A stretch of 63,691 nt of DNA, counting the filler, from Reclinomonas americana ATCC 50394 (taxonomy: Eukaryota), in assembly GCA_048213135.1 (NCBI GenBank). It is 20 parts of 20 records of this genome, joined end to end, with 100 filler letters (N's around TTAATTAATTAA, not from the genome) between each part and the next. Parts side by side here need not be neighbours in the genome. Positions count along the whole stretch, not along the records: positions 34,372 to 37,434 come from AFZH01024072.1; positions 37,535 to 40,681 come from AFZH01024073.1; positions 40,782 to 42,755 come from AFZH01024074.1; positions 42,856 to 46,798 come from AFZH01024075.1; positions 46,899 to 50,903 come from AFZH01024076.1; 15 more parts are not named here. One strand, given 5' to 3'. This document shows positions 34,701 through 47,425 of the stretch, in pieces. The position numbers were made by a program, and so were the translations under genes. Every line of letters starts with the position of its first letter. The stretch's first letter is position 1. The notes below the pieces were generated by a model. That model was given only the letters and a program-made list of their open reading frames with translations, did no database searches and was not told the DNA's origin.

Positions 34701-35404
34701 CACGTTTGGCGACTCGGGTCTCTTTGCCACTGGTTTGTGCTCGAGTGTGCTTATTTTCTGCCCTTCGTTGTCACTCATCGCGCATGACTCTATCCAGTGG
34801 TGGGCCTGGCCGACGCACTTGAGCTGTCCATCCACGGCAACGTGCAGATCCACATGCAAGACAACCTGATCGGCATCACAGAGGTGGCGAGTCATCCAGC
34901 CGTCTCCGCCACCGCCAATATGTCGTGGCTGTACGCGTTGAGTGGACAACCGTTCTGGCGCTCCAGCAGCGGCACGTTGTTCCCGATCGATCTCGGCACG
35001 GCGCTCTCCGACGTACGCCTCAAGCAGAACATCCGGCCTCTGGCACAAGCCGACACGAGCAGCCGTCCATCGCGGGCCGTCGACAGCCTGCGTCTTCTCA
35101 ACCCCGTCACCTACGAGTGGAACTCCACCGGCATGCAGCTGCGCGGACTGTCCGCCAATCGTCGCGAGATCGGCCTTCTCGCCCACGAAGTCGCCGCCGT
35201 GTTCCCCGAACTGGTCGGCCGCTCGCCGAATGCGCAGTACGAAACCGTCGACTACGCTCACCTCACTGCCGTTCTCGTACAAGCCGTCAAGGAGCAACAG
35301 GAGCAGCTGGAGGCACAAGCTGCGGAACTTCGCGACCAGCGCGCTCTTCTCGAAGCCTACCGACGCGAGCTGCAAGAGCAGCGTGCCATGTTTCATGCTC
35401 TTAT

Positions 35405-35474
<70 letters not shown>

Positions 35475-35477
35475 TAA
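31776..35477 (+). CDS. Spliced gene encoding phage tail-fibre-like repeats, Peptidase_S74 intramolecular chaperone, coiled coil and polyQ; 5' truncated, crosses one spacer
   Basis: Six ~140-aa repeats with motifs NP..F.GG..(F/L)G, GIG...P...LH..GG.R..KG.P and GY.F..DGDTG.FA. C-terminus SDVRLKQNIRPL...LLNPVTYEWN...IGLLAHEVAAVFPELV...VDYAHLTAVLVQAVKEQ. GT-AG introns at 32108-32169, 32387-32445, 32664-32734, 33146-33221, 33648-33714, 34135-34200, ~34493-34554 and 34733-34797 all restore the frame. Confidence 0.88.
35406..35471 (+). repeat. (CAG)22 coding polyglutamine tract
   Basis: Perfect CAG run one codon before the TAA at 35475-35477. Confidence 0.95.
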
Positions 35478-35663
35478 ATGAAAAGACGATTGCAATCAAA
35501 ACGAGTGCCACATACGTCAACGGTCACCGATTGGTGGCCAGTTAATTTTTGTGGTGACCGACTTTTCACTCTCATCCGTGTTCGAGGCGAGCGAAACCCA
35601 GTTGTGCGTCACTCGCTGAGTGTGCCAGAGACAGAGGCAGACAGAGGCCAGAGAGAGAGAGAG

Positions 35664-36636
35664 ATGTCGGTGGGACCGAGCACGCTCAATCTGCGTCTCT
35701 CTCATGGCGGCGACACGTCTGCTGCGTCCACCGACGATCCTCCGTCTCCTCTGACGACCATGCGATCAGCGCGAGGGTCGGGGTTGAACGTGAGGAAAGA
35801 CCGACTGGTGTGTGCGAGAGAGAGAGAAAGAGTGACAACGACGCCGATTCCATCAGTGACTGACTCTCTCACTCTCTTTCACACAGGTCGCTGGTGGAGG
35901 TTTCCGCGTTCTCGTCGGCGATCAACAGTCGGCATCACATAAGCGAGCGCCCTCTGCCAACGCACATCCTTTGGCTCCTCCGCCTCCACCTCCACCTGCG
36001 CCTCTCTCGTCACAACGATCGACCTCTGCGTCGTCGGGGAGCACGCAGCGAGGAGGAAAGCGCATGTCGACTTCGCGACGTGCGTCGATCAGAGCCATGC
36101 TGGCGGCCTCGGAGGACCTCAGTCCGGGGCCGAGTGGAGGCGGACTGATGCTGGTCAGTGAGCCGGAGCTGGTCGCGGAGAAGATCGCGTTGCGTCCATT
36201 TCATGGTGGAGGATCGCTGCTGTGGTGGCCTGCTTACGTGTGTAGCGCAGCTTGCTGACGCAGGAGAGCAAGCAGGCGGCTGTGTTTGAGCGATTGACGG
36301 TGCAGTCGGAGCTGCAGACGTTGCGATCGGCGTTGGTGAGGCAGGAGGATAAGGTGCGTCGATTGTTCCTCTCGGCCAGTGATCGAGTGCCAGGCCAACG
36401 CGACCGTGCTGCAGGTGGAGAAGAGGAAGAAGTTGGAGCGTACAGTGGTGCTGGAGACGCCGGCGGAGGCTGCGGCGTCGGCGGCGGCTTCGGCGTTGCG
36501 CGAGGAGGCGCTGTTGATGGACGTGTCGTCGATGACGGGTGGACGAAGCGGGCCGACGGAGCCAGTGTCACCGCAGTGGGCGATGCCTGCGCGATGTTGC
36601 GGTTTTTGTGTTGGGCGAGTGAGCGCTGATGCGTGA
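35664..36636 (+). CDS. Hypothetical multi-exon coiled-coil protein
   Basis: MSVGPSTLNLRL start. Later exons ESKQAAVFERLTVQSELQTLRSALVRQEDK and VEKRKKLERTVVLE. Boundaries approximate. Confidence 0.45.
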
Positions 36637-37577
36637 GGCTGAGTGTGTGTATGTCGGGTCCGCAGCTCGCAAGTTGTCGCCAGTGCCGCCACTCCAACTC
36701 ACGCGACTCCGCCAGCAGCAGTCGTCGCTGTTGCGTTTGATTCGCCAACGAGGGTGTTGTGTGCGATAGGTCACCTAATCGGCTATACACACAGAATTCG
36801 CCGGCTACGATCGCCGCAAATGTACACGCTGTGGAACGTGCTGCAAGTGGATGCAGTCGCACGTCGACAGATTCACGACATTAGCGGTGCGCTGCCACCG
36901 AGCATGAGCTCACGTGTTTTTCGTTGTACACTGATGACTGCGCGTACACGTACAGAGGACTTGCTGAAGCAGTCGAATGCCGCCGAGCACTTTCCGCTCT
37001 CTCAAGTGTTGCGCACTATCATTGCCGCTGTCCATTTCTCTGACAGGCCATCTCACCCCCGCGGGATCTGCCGTGCAGTGCCTCGGAACTGGAAGCAATG
37101 CACCAGCGACAAGGTACAGTGCGTGGGAGCGAGACGGCGGTGATGCGACCAGAGGCGCTCGCACGAAACGGCTTCTCGTTGTCGGGACTGGTTTGTTGTT
37201 GCTTGTGATCCGTCAGTCCTCCCACTTGTCCCCTGTGTGCCCACATGTCGGCAGGCGGTGAGCACTCCAAAATCCAACAAGAGTGCATCGTATGCAAGGC
37301 AAGAGGCGTTGCGGCACTGCATGCTGGAATTGCTACGAGTCAGTGTGGAGCACACTGATGAACATCGTGCGTACCGCCTTCTGCTCTGCCTATTTTCAGA
37401 ATCGCCAAGAGTTCTAACATCTCACGCAATGCACNNNNNNNNNNNNNNNNNNNNNNNNNNNNNNNNNNNNNNNNNNNNTTAATTAATTAANNNNNNNNNN
37501 NNNNNNNNNNNNNNNNNNNNNNNNNNNNNNNNNNAGCACTGTGTTTTTCGATTGCCCTGTGTTGACTCTCACCGCGT

Positions 37578-38640
37578 GTGTCGCAGACCGCTGACCAACT
37601 GAGTTCCATGGGGCTGATGAGTCCCAAGAGCCACCATTCACGCTCTGCGTCGCCACCCGACGCGCGCGCCGTTTCTCCTCAGCGCAAGACGTCGGCGACC
37701 GAGATCCTCATTCCTGCCGCCGCGGCCACACCGGCGCTTCCGGGGGCCGCCTCCAGCGCCGATCGCATGACACCACGGACCACCGCCAATGCCATGCGTG
37801 CGGCGCCTCTCACGGCGCGCTACACCCCTCGATCCCGCACAGGCTTGTCGGCGTCGCTGCCCACCGGGTCGCAGTCAGGTTGGTCTCGGAACACTCTCTC
37901 TCCCTCTCTCACATCGTCAGCTCATCTGCTTGAGTGCAGCTCGTGGTCCATCACCTCTGTCGGCGACCGCCCCACAGCCGCCGCCACCTCCACCGCGTGC
38001 CGTACTAATTGATCCAGCGGCACCGCGGGACACGAGGCGGCAAGTGATTCTCGACATGCTGGCCAAGGATCGCGCGCACGATGCGAAAAAGGTGCTGAGT
38101 TTCATTGAGACACACAAGAAGCTCATGGACCCGGTGGCGCGACGACCCGAGGACTATCGGCACAACAACGACGCTGAGGTGAAGCGCACGGCCACGATTC
38201 TCGAGGATCCAGAGCATGGGGTTCGTCGTTTGTGACGGTTTCGTCGTGCATACTGTCCCCCCTCACTCTGTTTTTTTTGGCTGCAGTCCACGGAGGGAGA
38301 GGAGGATGAGCGCGCCGCTGGTGGTGGCGAGGATGGTGAGGAAGACGTAGTCGATCCGCGATTCCGCATGGACACGGCGCGGTCGCCGTCGCAAGCGTCG
38401 ACGGTGCGGCCTCCGTCACGGGCGACTGCACCGCGATCGCCAGCGGCCAGTCGACCACCGTCCCAGGCACAAGTGGGTCGTCCAGCCTCTGCAAAACCAG
38501 CGACCACAGCAGCTACAGTAGCAGCGCTAGCGTCACCCGTTGGCCGGCGAATGAGCGCCGAGATTCATGTGCCGGTGGTGACGGTGATGTCGCCGGTGGA
38601 TGTGGAGAGTCGTATGCAAGAGTGGGAGACGGACGATTGA
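37578..38640 (+). CDS. 3' exons of a hypothetical Ser/Pro-rich protein
   Basis: Exon-like ORFs (RQVILDMLAKDRAHDAKKVLSFIETHKKL... and ...RMQEWETDD*) separated by GT-AG introns. Confidence 0.45.
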
Positions 38641-38717
38641 TTTGTTTGCAAAACTTGTTTAAATCTGCTCGAATGAATAAGGCAGGTCGTTTCACGCACA
38701 CACGAAGTGTACTTCAT

Positions 38718-40601
38718 TCAATTTATCGGCGGCACCAGAGGATTAACCCTACTGGCACTTCGCGCGGGCGATGTACAGGGTGACGGGGAGGCTCTCTGTT
38801 TCCGCTCAGGTCGAAGTTCCGAATCCGAACTGAGGGCTCTTCGGGAGCACCACAGCAGGTTGCGGCGTGTACGCTCCCGGTGCCGGCATCGTGTTTGGCT
38901 TTTCCGTGCCCACTCGTGGTCTGCGTGCACACACAGGAGGGTGTCAGTGCGCGTGTCACATGGGAGAGGTGGCGAGTGAGACTGACAGACAGACCGCATG
39001 GTGTACTTGGGAGTGTCGGTGCCGACATATGCTTTGGGCTCATACTGACCCGGACCCGTTGGATTCGGCATGTCTGTGCGAAAAAAAAGGAGAGTGAGCT
39101 GCGCTCTCATCATTGCCGGCAATGCGAGAAATGCACGCACGCACCCTTGATGGGGAACTTGGCACGCATGGTGTAGGCCGGATCGCGCGGCTTGAGCCTG
39201 TTGGCTTCGGCTTCGTACTTGGCCGGTCCCGGCGATCGCTCCTTGTCGGCAATCGAGATTCGCGCCGCCAGCGTCCACTTGGGTGTCGTGTGACCCGTGA
39301 CCTCTGCAGTGGGAAGGGGGGACGTAGTGAGAGGGGAGGTAGGAGGCAGAGGAAGGAGAAGCAGTTGTGCCCAGTGTCGCAACTCTGATCATAAGTTCCC
39401 GGTCCAGGTATGTTGTCGGACTTGTTGCCCTTGGTCTTTGGTCGCATGGTGAACTTGGGTCCCGTCTGGTTGGGCTTGGCTGTGCGGGTTCGGGAAAGCA
39501 AGGGTGAGATCTAGAGCAAAGGAAGACTGGGCCTCTGTTGGAGTCTCCAAAGATAGCAGTAGCAGAAGGAGTGGTCGAGCTTGCCGAAGGGAAAAGCTTC
39601 TTCTCTAACACAGTGACCAGCGGACCCCCATGATGTAAATTCTCCGCCCCACTATCAACAGCGAAACGACTTCTCAAGCCTCATTCTCTCTCGCAGTGTT
39701 CACACGCAGATGAAGAAGATGGACGGCTTCCCTCTAACACAGAGTGCACAATGCACTCCTGATGACAATGCTCCGCTGCACATATCAACAAGCAAAAGAA
39801 ACGACTTCTCAAACCCTAATTCTCCTCTCTCAGCCTCCGATCTCCGCCTCGCTAGCTCACACCCAATGAGACAGCATCCTCTCTTAACAACGCAATGCGC
39901 ATTTCTACTGACGTCCACTCTCCTGTATCACGATTCAGTAACACGCAGAAGAAGAAGAGGGATGGCTTCTCTCTACTACAGTGCAGGTCTCATGACGACA
40001 ATTCTCCGCCCCACCTTTCAAGATCAGTTCTCGCAAAAGGAAGCGGCTTCCACTCAAACAGTGCACAGTGGACGCTCATGACGTCAATTCTCCGCCTCAT
40101 GTCCCAAGACCCATCAGACACTCAGAAGGAGACAGCTTCTCTACAACAAGAAGTCAATTCTCCGCCTCACTTATCACAATCAGCAGGCACTCAGAAGGAA
40201 ACGGCTTCCTCTCTAACAGTGGACCTCCATGAAGCAATTCTCCGCCCCTATCAAGATCAGAAGACACTCTGAAGGAGGCGGCTTCTCACAGTGGACTCCT
40301 CATGAAGTAAATACTCCGCCTGACTTATCAGAAGATCAGTAGACACTCTGAAGGAGGCGCATGACTTATCAGAAGATCAGTAGACTCGCAGAAGGAGACG
40401 GCCTCCTCTCTCACACTACACACACAGCCGACTCCTCATGCCCATCCTCTCTCTATCACTCCCTCCTCCTTTTCCTCACCTTCATATGCGCCTGGGCCCA
40501 CTGTCTTATCACTCTTGATGAACTTTGTGCGTCCCGACAGCGTGTACCGCGGCTTTCCCGGCGCTCCCACTGTCGGCTTGGCCTCATATGTTCCAGGTCC
40601 T
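38718..40601 (-). CDS. SHIPPO-repeat (ODF3/CIMAP1-like) ciliary microtubule protein; 5' truncated
   Basis: Repeated PGPG-Y motifs: GPGTYEAKP, VGPGAYE, PGPGTYD, PGPAKYE, TGPGQYEP and PAPGAYTP. Most are preceded by PK(Y/F/W)T(M/L)-like motifs. Confidence 0.8.
39510..40410. repeat. Degenerate intronic minisatellite array
   Basis: Recurring blocks AATTCTCCGCC, AGAAGGA(G/A)ACGGCTTC(C)TCTCTAAC and CAGTGGAC. TGACTTATCAGAAGATCAGTAGAC is duplicated at 40321 and 40362. Confidence 0.75.
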
Positions 40602-40949
40602 AAAAAAGTAACAGAGAAAACACAATGAGAGAGAGAGAGAGAGAGAGAAGGACACACACACACATACACACACGCACACACNNNNNNNNNNNNNNNNNNN
40701 NNNNNNNNNNNNNNNNNNNNNNNNNTTAATTAATTAANNNNNNNNNNNNNNNNNNNNNNNNNNNNNNNNNNNNNNNNNNNNTGGCTCGCGTGCAAGTGTG
40801 AGTCGCGTGGTGCAGAAGAGCTGCCCACCGACGTTGAGACGCACAAACTGCGCAGTGCTCATCCCGCGTTGTGTTTCTTTAACAATGATCAATAATTGGT
40901 TCGTTTCATTGGATTGACCTTGTTGTGTATATTACGTTTTCTTGGCGCC

Positions 40950-42660
40950 TCACTTGGCACACGGCTGCAGCGGTGAGAATCCATTTGTGGTGGGCATCAA
41001 CGCGCCATTGTAGGCCGATACGGGAGGCAGTGCTTCGCGATCGCTGCCGTCGCCGGCGTCGGGCGGTAGTGGTGGAATGCCCAGTGGCAGCGGCGAGGAG
41101 GAGGACGAGGAGGAGGCGGCCACGGTTGCTGTCGCCGCGGCAGCAGTGGAGGACGCGGGCGGCTTGCCGTTGGCGCTGTGTCGGCGAGATGCGAGCGAGG
41201 CGATCGTGTGCTTGCGCTTGAGTGGTGGCTCGTCGGTCGCGTACACCGTGCCGTTCACGGATTCGCGCGGCCGGCGATGACCCGACACCTGCAGCATGCG
41301 CTGCCGTGTGCCGTGTACACCTTCTGGCAGGAATGGAATCGCCACGGGGACCGTCGGCAGCGCAATCGCCATTAGTGACTCCGGCAGTGGCGGCATGATC
41401 GACGACAGAGCGTCGGGTAGTGGCGGAGGCGGAGGTGGCGGCGGCGGCACAGGTAGTGGCGTTGACAGAGGCGTAAATGTTGGCGTCGGCGTTGATTCCA
41501 TCGCCAGCGACACCGGCGAGGGTGACGGTGTCAATCGCAGCTGACTTGCAGAGGGTGGCCGACCACGAGGAGCCGTTGGTGCCACACGAAGTGACGCTGC
41601 TGCTGGTGGTGGCGGTGGCGGTGGTCGCTGTGGCGCCGCTCGAGGTGCAGGACGAAGTGACGGGGTCGGTGGCAGCAGGCGGGCGAGTGGAGGCAGTGGC
41701 GGCATCGAAGTTGGCGACAGCGGTGGCAGCAATAAAAACATGGATGAGCTGCCACCCGGTGCCGTCAACTTGCCCACATTCGGTGGTGGAGTCGCACGGA
41801 CTGCTGGTGCTGGCGTCAGCGGTCGCTGCTGTGGAGGCTCCACAGCTTGCGCCCGCAGCGGTTTCGTGGTCACAATCGGCGTGAACATCACTCGGCGTTC
41901 CACCGGCGACTGCGGCCGCGACCAACTCAGAATCGGCGAGCTGGAGCTGTCCGTACCGTCGACCTCCATGGTGACAGACGACGCTGCTCGTGACCTGCCT
42001 TGCCTCTGCTCACCGTCCTCCCACGGCGCGCCCGTTTCCGCCATCATCATCTCCCACTCGCTGTTGTCGTTGTCGTACTCGTCGTGATGCACCGGCGACA
42101 CGCGACTGCCATCTTTCGGACGCATGATGGATGGAACCCACGGTTCCGGAGATGATGGTGGTGACGGGCGCCGTCGTTCCACATCCCGCGGTCTCCGTAG
42201 CCAAATGCGACCTCCTCGCCCGAATCTCGCCACTGCACCTCTCCGTAATGGTGGGGGTGACACAAAAACGCCCGAGTCGATGGTGCTCGACTGTGTGCAG
42301 ACGTGCGCGCATGAGGAGACGGCAACAACGACGTTGGCATGCAAATGAAACATGGCGTACCGCAGATGCAGCCGCAGCCGCCGTTCGACTGCGGGTGGCA
42401 TCCAGTGCTGGTGCACTACCAGCAGCAGCAGCAGCAGCGGTCGTCGCCGTCGTGGTTGTTGTTGTTGTCGTGGTGGTGGTGGTGCTCGAAGAGTTCAAGA
42501 CCGAGGCGAGAACGGGTTCTGGCAGGAGCGGCTGCATGCGAAATGCAAACAGCGGCAGTTTCCATTCCAGCGCCCGCAGCACCAGGGCATGATCCGAGAG
42601 GACCTCGCGAGGGATCTCCGAAGCCGCAGCGCTGTTGGAGGAGACAAGGGGAGAGAGCAT
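40950..42660 (-). CDS. Proline-rich hypothetical eukaryotic protein, 3' part
   Basis: Long Pro-rich ORF 40950-~42290 plus an upstream exon (DHALVLRALEWKLP, weakly cyclin-box-like). Confidence 0.45.
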
Positions 42661-43079
42661 GAGTACTCATCTCCCCAACACTCATCGTTTCCTTCTTCTG
42701 TGAGGTACGCAACGCTGCACGCGCGGCATGGCGATCCTGCTTCCTCTTTTGCTTCNNNNNNNNNNNNNNNNNNNNNNNNNNNNNNNNNNNNNNNNNNNNT
42801 TAATTAATTAANNNNNNNNNNNNNNNNNNNNNNNNNNNNNNNNNNNNNNNNNNNNGGGAACAAAGAGAGGGAGAGGGGAGAGGGGAGAGGGGAGAGGGGA
42901 GAGGGAGAGGGGAGAGGGGAGAGGGAAAGAGGGAAGAGAGAAGAGGGAAAGAGGAGAAGAGGGAAAGAGGAGAAGAGGGAAAGAGGGAAGGAGGGAAAGA
43001 GGAAAAAGGAAACAGCGGAGAGGGAGGGATAGAGAGGGGGAGGGAAGAGAGAGGGAGCGGGAGACGGAGAGGGCGAGGG

Positions 43080-43194
<115 letters not shown>

Positions 43195-43206
43195 TAGACA
43201 GACAGA

Positions 43207-43246
<40 letters not shown>

Positions 43247-43329
43247 CAGACAGTGAGATAGACAGCCACACGCACGCACGACGGTGTTCGCTCAGAGGAT
43301 GGAGAAGAAAGGAGAGGAGAGATGCGCTC

Positions 43330-46152
43330 ACTGACCTCCAAGATGATTTCCCTGCCGAGCCGCTTGGCCGCATTGACCGATGCCTGCAACTGACGACGAG
43401 CCGCCTCGCGCTGCGCGACACAAACACCAGGATAATAATGGGGAGACATGACAAGAGCGATGCACGATCATCACCTGTCCACTCAATTCATCCTCCAACC
43501 GCGCATTGAAGATCTCCTCGCGTTTCCTGACAATGTCGCGCTTCTTCTTCTCACGCAGCACGGCCATCTCGCCAATGCGTGCAAAGTGAATCATGTCGTG
43601 TCGCATCGATTCCATCTTTTGCTTGGCCTGCAAGTCGTTTTTCTTGACCTGGAGGGGGCGGGGAAGTGAAAGGGATAGGTGAATGAAGAGAGAGGTATCA
43701 AGATGGAGCGCAGGAGCACAGTGGTATCAAAGATGCAAGTGAGAACAAGTACGGTGACAGAGGAGAAGTATCACAACAGGGTGCACGAGCACAGTTTTGT
43801 CGAGGTACAGCTGAGAAAGAGTACGTCGACAGAAGGGAGAAACAATAGAACGAAGAACACCAAAGGTGCAATTTAGAAGGAATACGTCGACAGAAGAGAC
43901 AACACAATAACACGGGGCAGAAACATGTTGGCATCGAGAACGCAGATGAGAAAAGAAAAACGACAGCAGAGATGAAACAACAATAGGGTACAGAGCACAA
44001 TGATGTCGAGGTACGAATGAGAAAGAGAGGATCTACGGAAGAGAGAAAGGGGACGAAGCACAGCGCTGTCGAGTTGCGAATGAGAATGAGACGAAAGTGG
44101 GCAGTTCGACAGAAGAGTGATATCAAACTGTCCCTGCATGTGCATAGCGTGCGTACCTTCTTGCGATTAAGTCGAATCCGGAACGGCAAGAGTGGATCGG
44201 TGTCGGTGGGGTCGGGTGGTACCTGAGCGAAACATCAACACAAGAGTCAGCTCGATGCGACTGGTGACGAATGGCGAGAGCAGGAGTGGGCGTGACAGAC
44301 GCGTCAGAAGAGTGAGGAGTGAGATCGTGACAGCAGCAGCAATCAGTGTGTGTACCAGTGATCTCACCACAAGAGGAGTCGAGGAATCACACAACACATT
44401 GATCTCAACTGAGGAGTACATGACACACATCATGATTCTTACTCTGCAGATGGATGAGCTGCTCCTGCTCTCTATCAGTCGTTCGCACACAGTCACACAC
44501 GGCACACGCTGATGACAAAGTACTCCACTCTCGCAACGAAGATACTCGGCCCTGTTCTCACTCACTCACAGGTGCAACGCGTGAAACTGTCCCAAAAAAT
44601 CAACTAAGCACGAGATCTGCAAGCAAACTCAAATGATCTTTTCCACTCATTCACAAGCATGACAATCGATGCAGCAAGATAGCACCCGCGATGAGGACAC
44701 TCGGCCTCTGTTCTCACTTCACAAGCAGCACAACACACCGGGTTGCGAGTAACACGACTGATACACTTCCACTCGCTCACAAGCACGACACTGGATACGT
44801 GACAAGAACATTCGACCTCTCATCCAGCTGACTCTGTTCTCACTCCACGAGCAACACAACACATGCTTGCAAATGACACTTGCGTAGCTCTTCTCACAAG
44901 CATGACACTAGATACACCATAACACCAGCAACGAGAACACTCGACCTCTCATCTGACTCTGCTCTCACTTCACGAGCAGCACAACACACTGATTGCAAAT
45001 GATACTTGCGATGCTCTCTTCCACTAACTCACAAGCACGATACCGGATACACCATGATAGCGCTCGTGATGAGAACACTCGACCTCTCATCCTGCTGACT
45101 CTGGTCTCACTGCACGAGCAGCACAAGAAATCTGCTTTCTAATGAGACTCGTGACGCTCCCTTCCACTCAGTCACTCGACATAGCGAGAGAGCACTCGCG
45201 ACGAAAGCACTCGACCTCTCGTCCAGCTACTCTGGCCCCACCGCACGAGTAGCACAACACACAGGCGTACTTGTAACAGCATGACGCTCCCTTCCACTCA
45301 GTCACTCGACATAGCAAGAGAGCACTCGCGACGAAAACACATGGCATCACACTCATCACTCTCTTTTCTCACTCACATGATTACTTCAGCATAAAGCCTC
45401 CCTTTCCCCTCTTCCTTCCCCCAATCAACACTCACCGCAAACATCTCATTGAAGGGCCTTCCCTCGGGATAGTACCGCGCACTCTTGGTCGTCTGCCGAT
45501 CCTGTCGACGCTGTCTCCATCTTCTGTAGACACTACGCACAACGGGAGCGGCAATGTGCGGCAGATTACGCGCACAATGCTGCAGGGCCACCGAGGCCGT
45601 CACCAACACCTATTCGTCGTCGACCCCAACTGCTCAGCACCCACAAAGAACACCAGCAGCACGTGCCGAGCCCCTTCCAGCCACTGACCTTCTGAAAGCC
45701 CGTCAAGTTGTCAAACACATCGAATAATCTCTCATACACCTCCTCGGTCAGCGCACGCATCGGCTGCTGCGCAATCCACGTCTCATCATCCGAATCCACC
45801 GTGTAGTCCGTCTCCGATTTCGCTGCACACACACACAAGGCTCTCACAATCAGCGCTCCCAGCTTTTGTTTGCCGCCCACACACAATCGACGCAACGGAC
45901 AGCCATGTTGTGCCGAATGTACTTCTCCGGTCGCCGAAACACACCATCACCAGCACCATCGCTCGACTGACCGAGTGGAGGCGGTGGTGGCGGCACTGGT
46001 CTTCTCTCTACATGTCGCACCACAGGCACATCGACCTCAATCGCCGGCATTCCCGACTCCTCCTCCTCCTTTGATACACACAATGTGAATGATTGATTGA
46101 TTTGCAAAATGCATGCATGCAGACTGACTGACCTCCTCCTCGGCTTGCCCAT
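43330..46152 (-). CDS. Enhancer of polycomb-like protein (EPL1/EPC, NuA4 subunit), multi-exon
   Basis: FRRPEKYIRH, DYTVDSDDETWI, LTEEVYERLFDVFD, VYRRWRQRR, DTDPLLPFRIR and KKND...LREKKKRDI. Order and spacing match the EPcA domain. Confidence 0.78.
44470..45345. repeat. Degenerate ~120-130-bp tandem repeat inside an EPL1 intron
   Basis: Recurring ACACTCGACCTCTCAT..CTGACTCTG.TCTCACT.CACGAGCA.CACAAC. Near-exact copies of TGACGCTCCCTTCCACTCAGTCACTCGACATAGC at ~45152 and ~45282. Confidence 0.75.
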
Positions 46153-46898
46153 TGTGGGTCACCGGTGCGAAGGTGATGGGTAATGGAAGGTCGGGGTTGA
46201 CCGGGCGAGAGCGCAACGACGCGCGTGACGACATGCCTCACAAACAAACAAACAAACACAAACCCTCTCACGCACGCACACAGCACAACTCTGGCGTGTG
46301 CGCGTGGAGGGCACACACACACACGCACACTCTCTCTGCAGTCGCCACCAGCGCACGTGCGCGTGTGTTGAGAGAGAGTGACAGAGTGTGTGAGTGTCAA
46401 TCTGCGCAATGGAAAGAGAGAGAGTGATGAGCACAATGACGCGCACAAGCGTGTGTGTAAGAGAGTGAGAGAGTGAGACAAGAGAGCGCGTGTGTGTGCG
46501 TGAGTGTGTGTGTGTGAAAGAAAGAAAGGGATGGCGATCTCGCGCGCAAACAAACACACACGCACAAACGCACACGCGCGCGCACACGTACACACACACT
46601 CTCTCACTCACACACACACACAGAGACGCGTCAGTCAAAGTGTGATTGTGAACTCACAAAGTGGCGGGAGTGCGGCTTGCCTTTTTGTGACAAAAGACAA
46701 CTCTTATGTGTCACTCGCGTTTTTTTTGCAATGTCAACTGTGAAAGAGGTATGCTTTTTGTGGTGTTTTCCTTGGTGTTTTGTGTGTGCTGAATGCTTNN
46801 NNNNNNNNNNNNNNNNNNNNNNNNNNNNNNNNNNNNNNNNNNTTAATTAATTAANNNNNNNNNNNNNNNNNNNNNNNNNNNNNNNNNNNNNNNNNNNN

Positions 46899-46963
<65 letters not shown>

Positions 46964-47425
46964 TCTCCATTGCTCACGTCTTCTTCGGCAAAGAGAGAGA
47001 AGGAAGATGCGTGCTCGTTGCGGCGACACGCAGCTTTCTTCCATCGCCGCCCTTCCCTCTCTCATACGCCGTTCAGAGAGTGGAGTTCTCCTCTTGTGCA
47101 TCCGTTTCTCTCTCTCTCACTCTTGTGCACGTCTTCTTCGGCAAGAAGAGACAGAGATATGCGTTCTTGCAGCACGACACAGTGTCCAGCACTCTTCCGC
47201 CGTCACTCCCCCCGTGCACCGCCAAAGAATGGCATCTCCCTTTCTCTCTTATCATGACAAGAGGAAGAGCGCATTCATGGAGAACGCCACTGTGTCCTTG
47301 ATCAGTTTCTCTCTTTCTCTCTCTCTCTCACTTTTCACTCCCCTCTCCTCCCTCCCTCTCCCTCCTCACTCTCCTGTCTTCCCTCCCTCTTCACTCTCCT
47401 CACTCCCTCCCCTGCCCCGCCGCAG

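Noticed and set aside
31776..35477. Prophage or bacterial origin of the tail-fibre contig
   Set aside because: It has multiple spliceosomal-type introns with branch-like CTAAC/CTGAC/CTCAT motifs, a polyQ tail, eukaryotic downstream genes and no other phage genes.
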